Assembly (NCBI RefSeq): GCF_001194135.2
Contig: NC_068989.1
Coordinates: 93,620,608 to 93,684,607 of the forward strand
DNA from: Octopus bimaculoides
Taxonomy: Eukaryota
Reading direction: 5' to 3'
Length of the DNA stretch: 64,000 nucleotides
In this document: piece after piece, positions 63,821 to 64,000 of the stretch
How the letters are laid out: each line of letters starts with the position of its first letter
Numbering within the stretch: position 1 is the first letter of the stretch
Position numbers and translations under genes: made by a program
Notes under the pieces: generated by a model
Seen by the model: only the letters and a program-made list of their open reading frames with translations
What the model was told of the DNA's origin: nothing
Databases searched by the model: none

Positions 63821-64000
63821 TTGTTCAGTAGTTTTATTTTTATAACGTGCTTTCATTTCACTACCGAGCGCAGCTCTGTGCGCCTTGGGTATGTGCTGTG
63901 GTGCTCTTATGGTTACTGTATTGAAAGTGTTTTGCGTAGAATGTGTGCAGTACCCAGTAGTGCAATTTTCTGTATGTTATATATATTTGTAAATCCTGGT

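Overview
Eukaryotic, AT-rich, microsatellite-saturated non-coding DNA from a gapped short-read assembly (9 N-runs, most beside simple repeats). The SINE families look like those of octopus (coleoid cephalopod); this is recognition only and is unverified. No intact host protein-coding gene is supportable, and almost all listed ORFs are microsatellite, N-run or SINE translations. Mobile content: about 45 copies or fragments of three tRNA-derived SINE families (called A, B and C here), three decayed RTE-clade LINE fragments (one ending in three C2H2 fingers), a 5'-truncated R4/Dong LINE with a 13-bp TSD in a (CATA)n tract, a DD34E Tc1 transposase pseudogene with its right TIR, hAT MITEs and a probable pogo/Tigger fossil. 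The most striking hidden layer is a set of minimal type I hammerhead ribozyme (HHR) motifs. One has an intact catalytic core (40557-40600, minus). Two are back-to-back inverted pairs forming genomic palindromes (27625-27757 and 37500-37694). One lies downstream of a Penelope-like ORF C-terminus (37886-38230), and three more are degenerate. Minimal HHRs in Penelope-like elements are known in general; whether these particular families and the paired architecture are described could not be checked.
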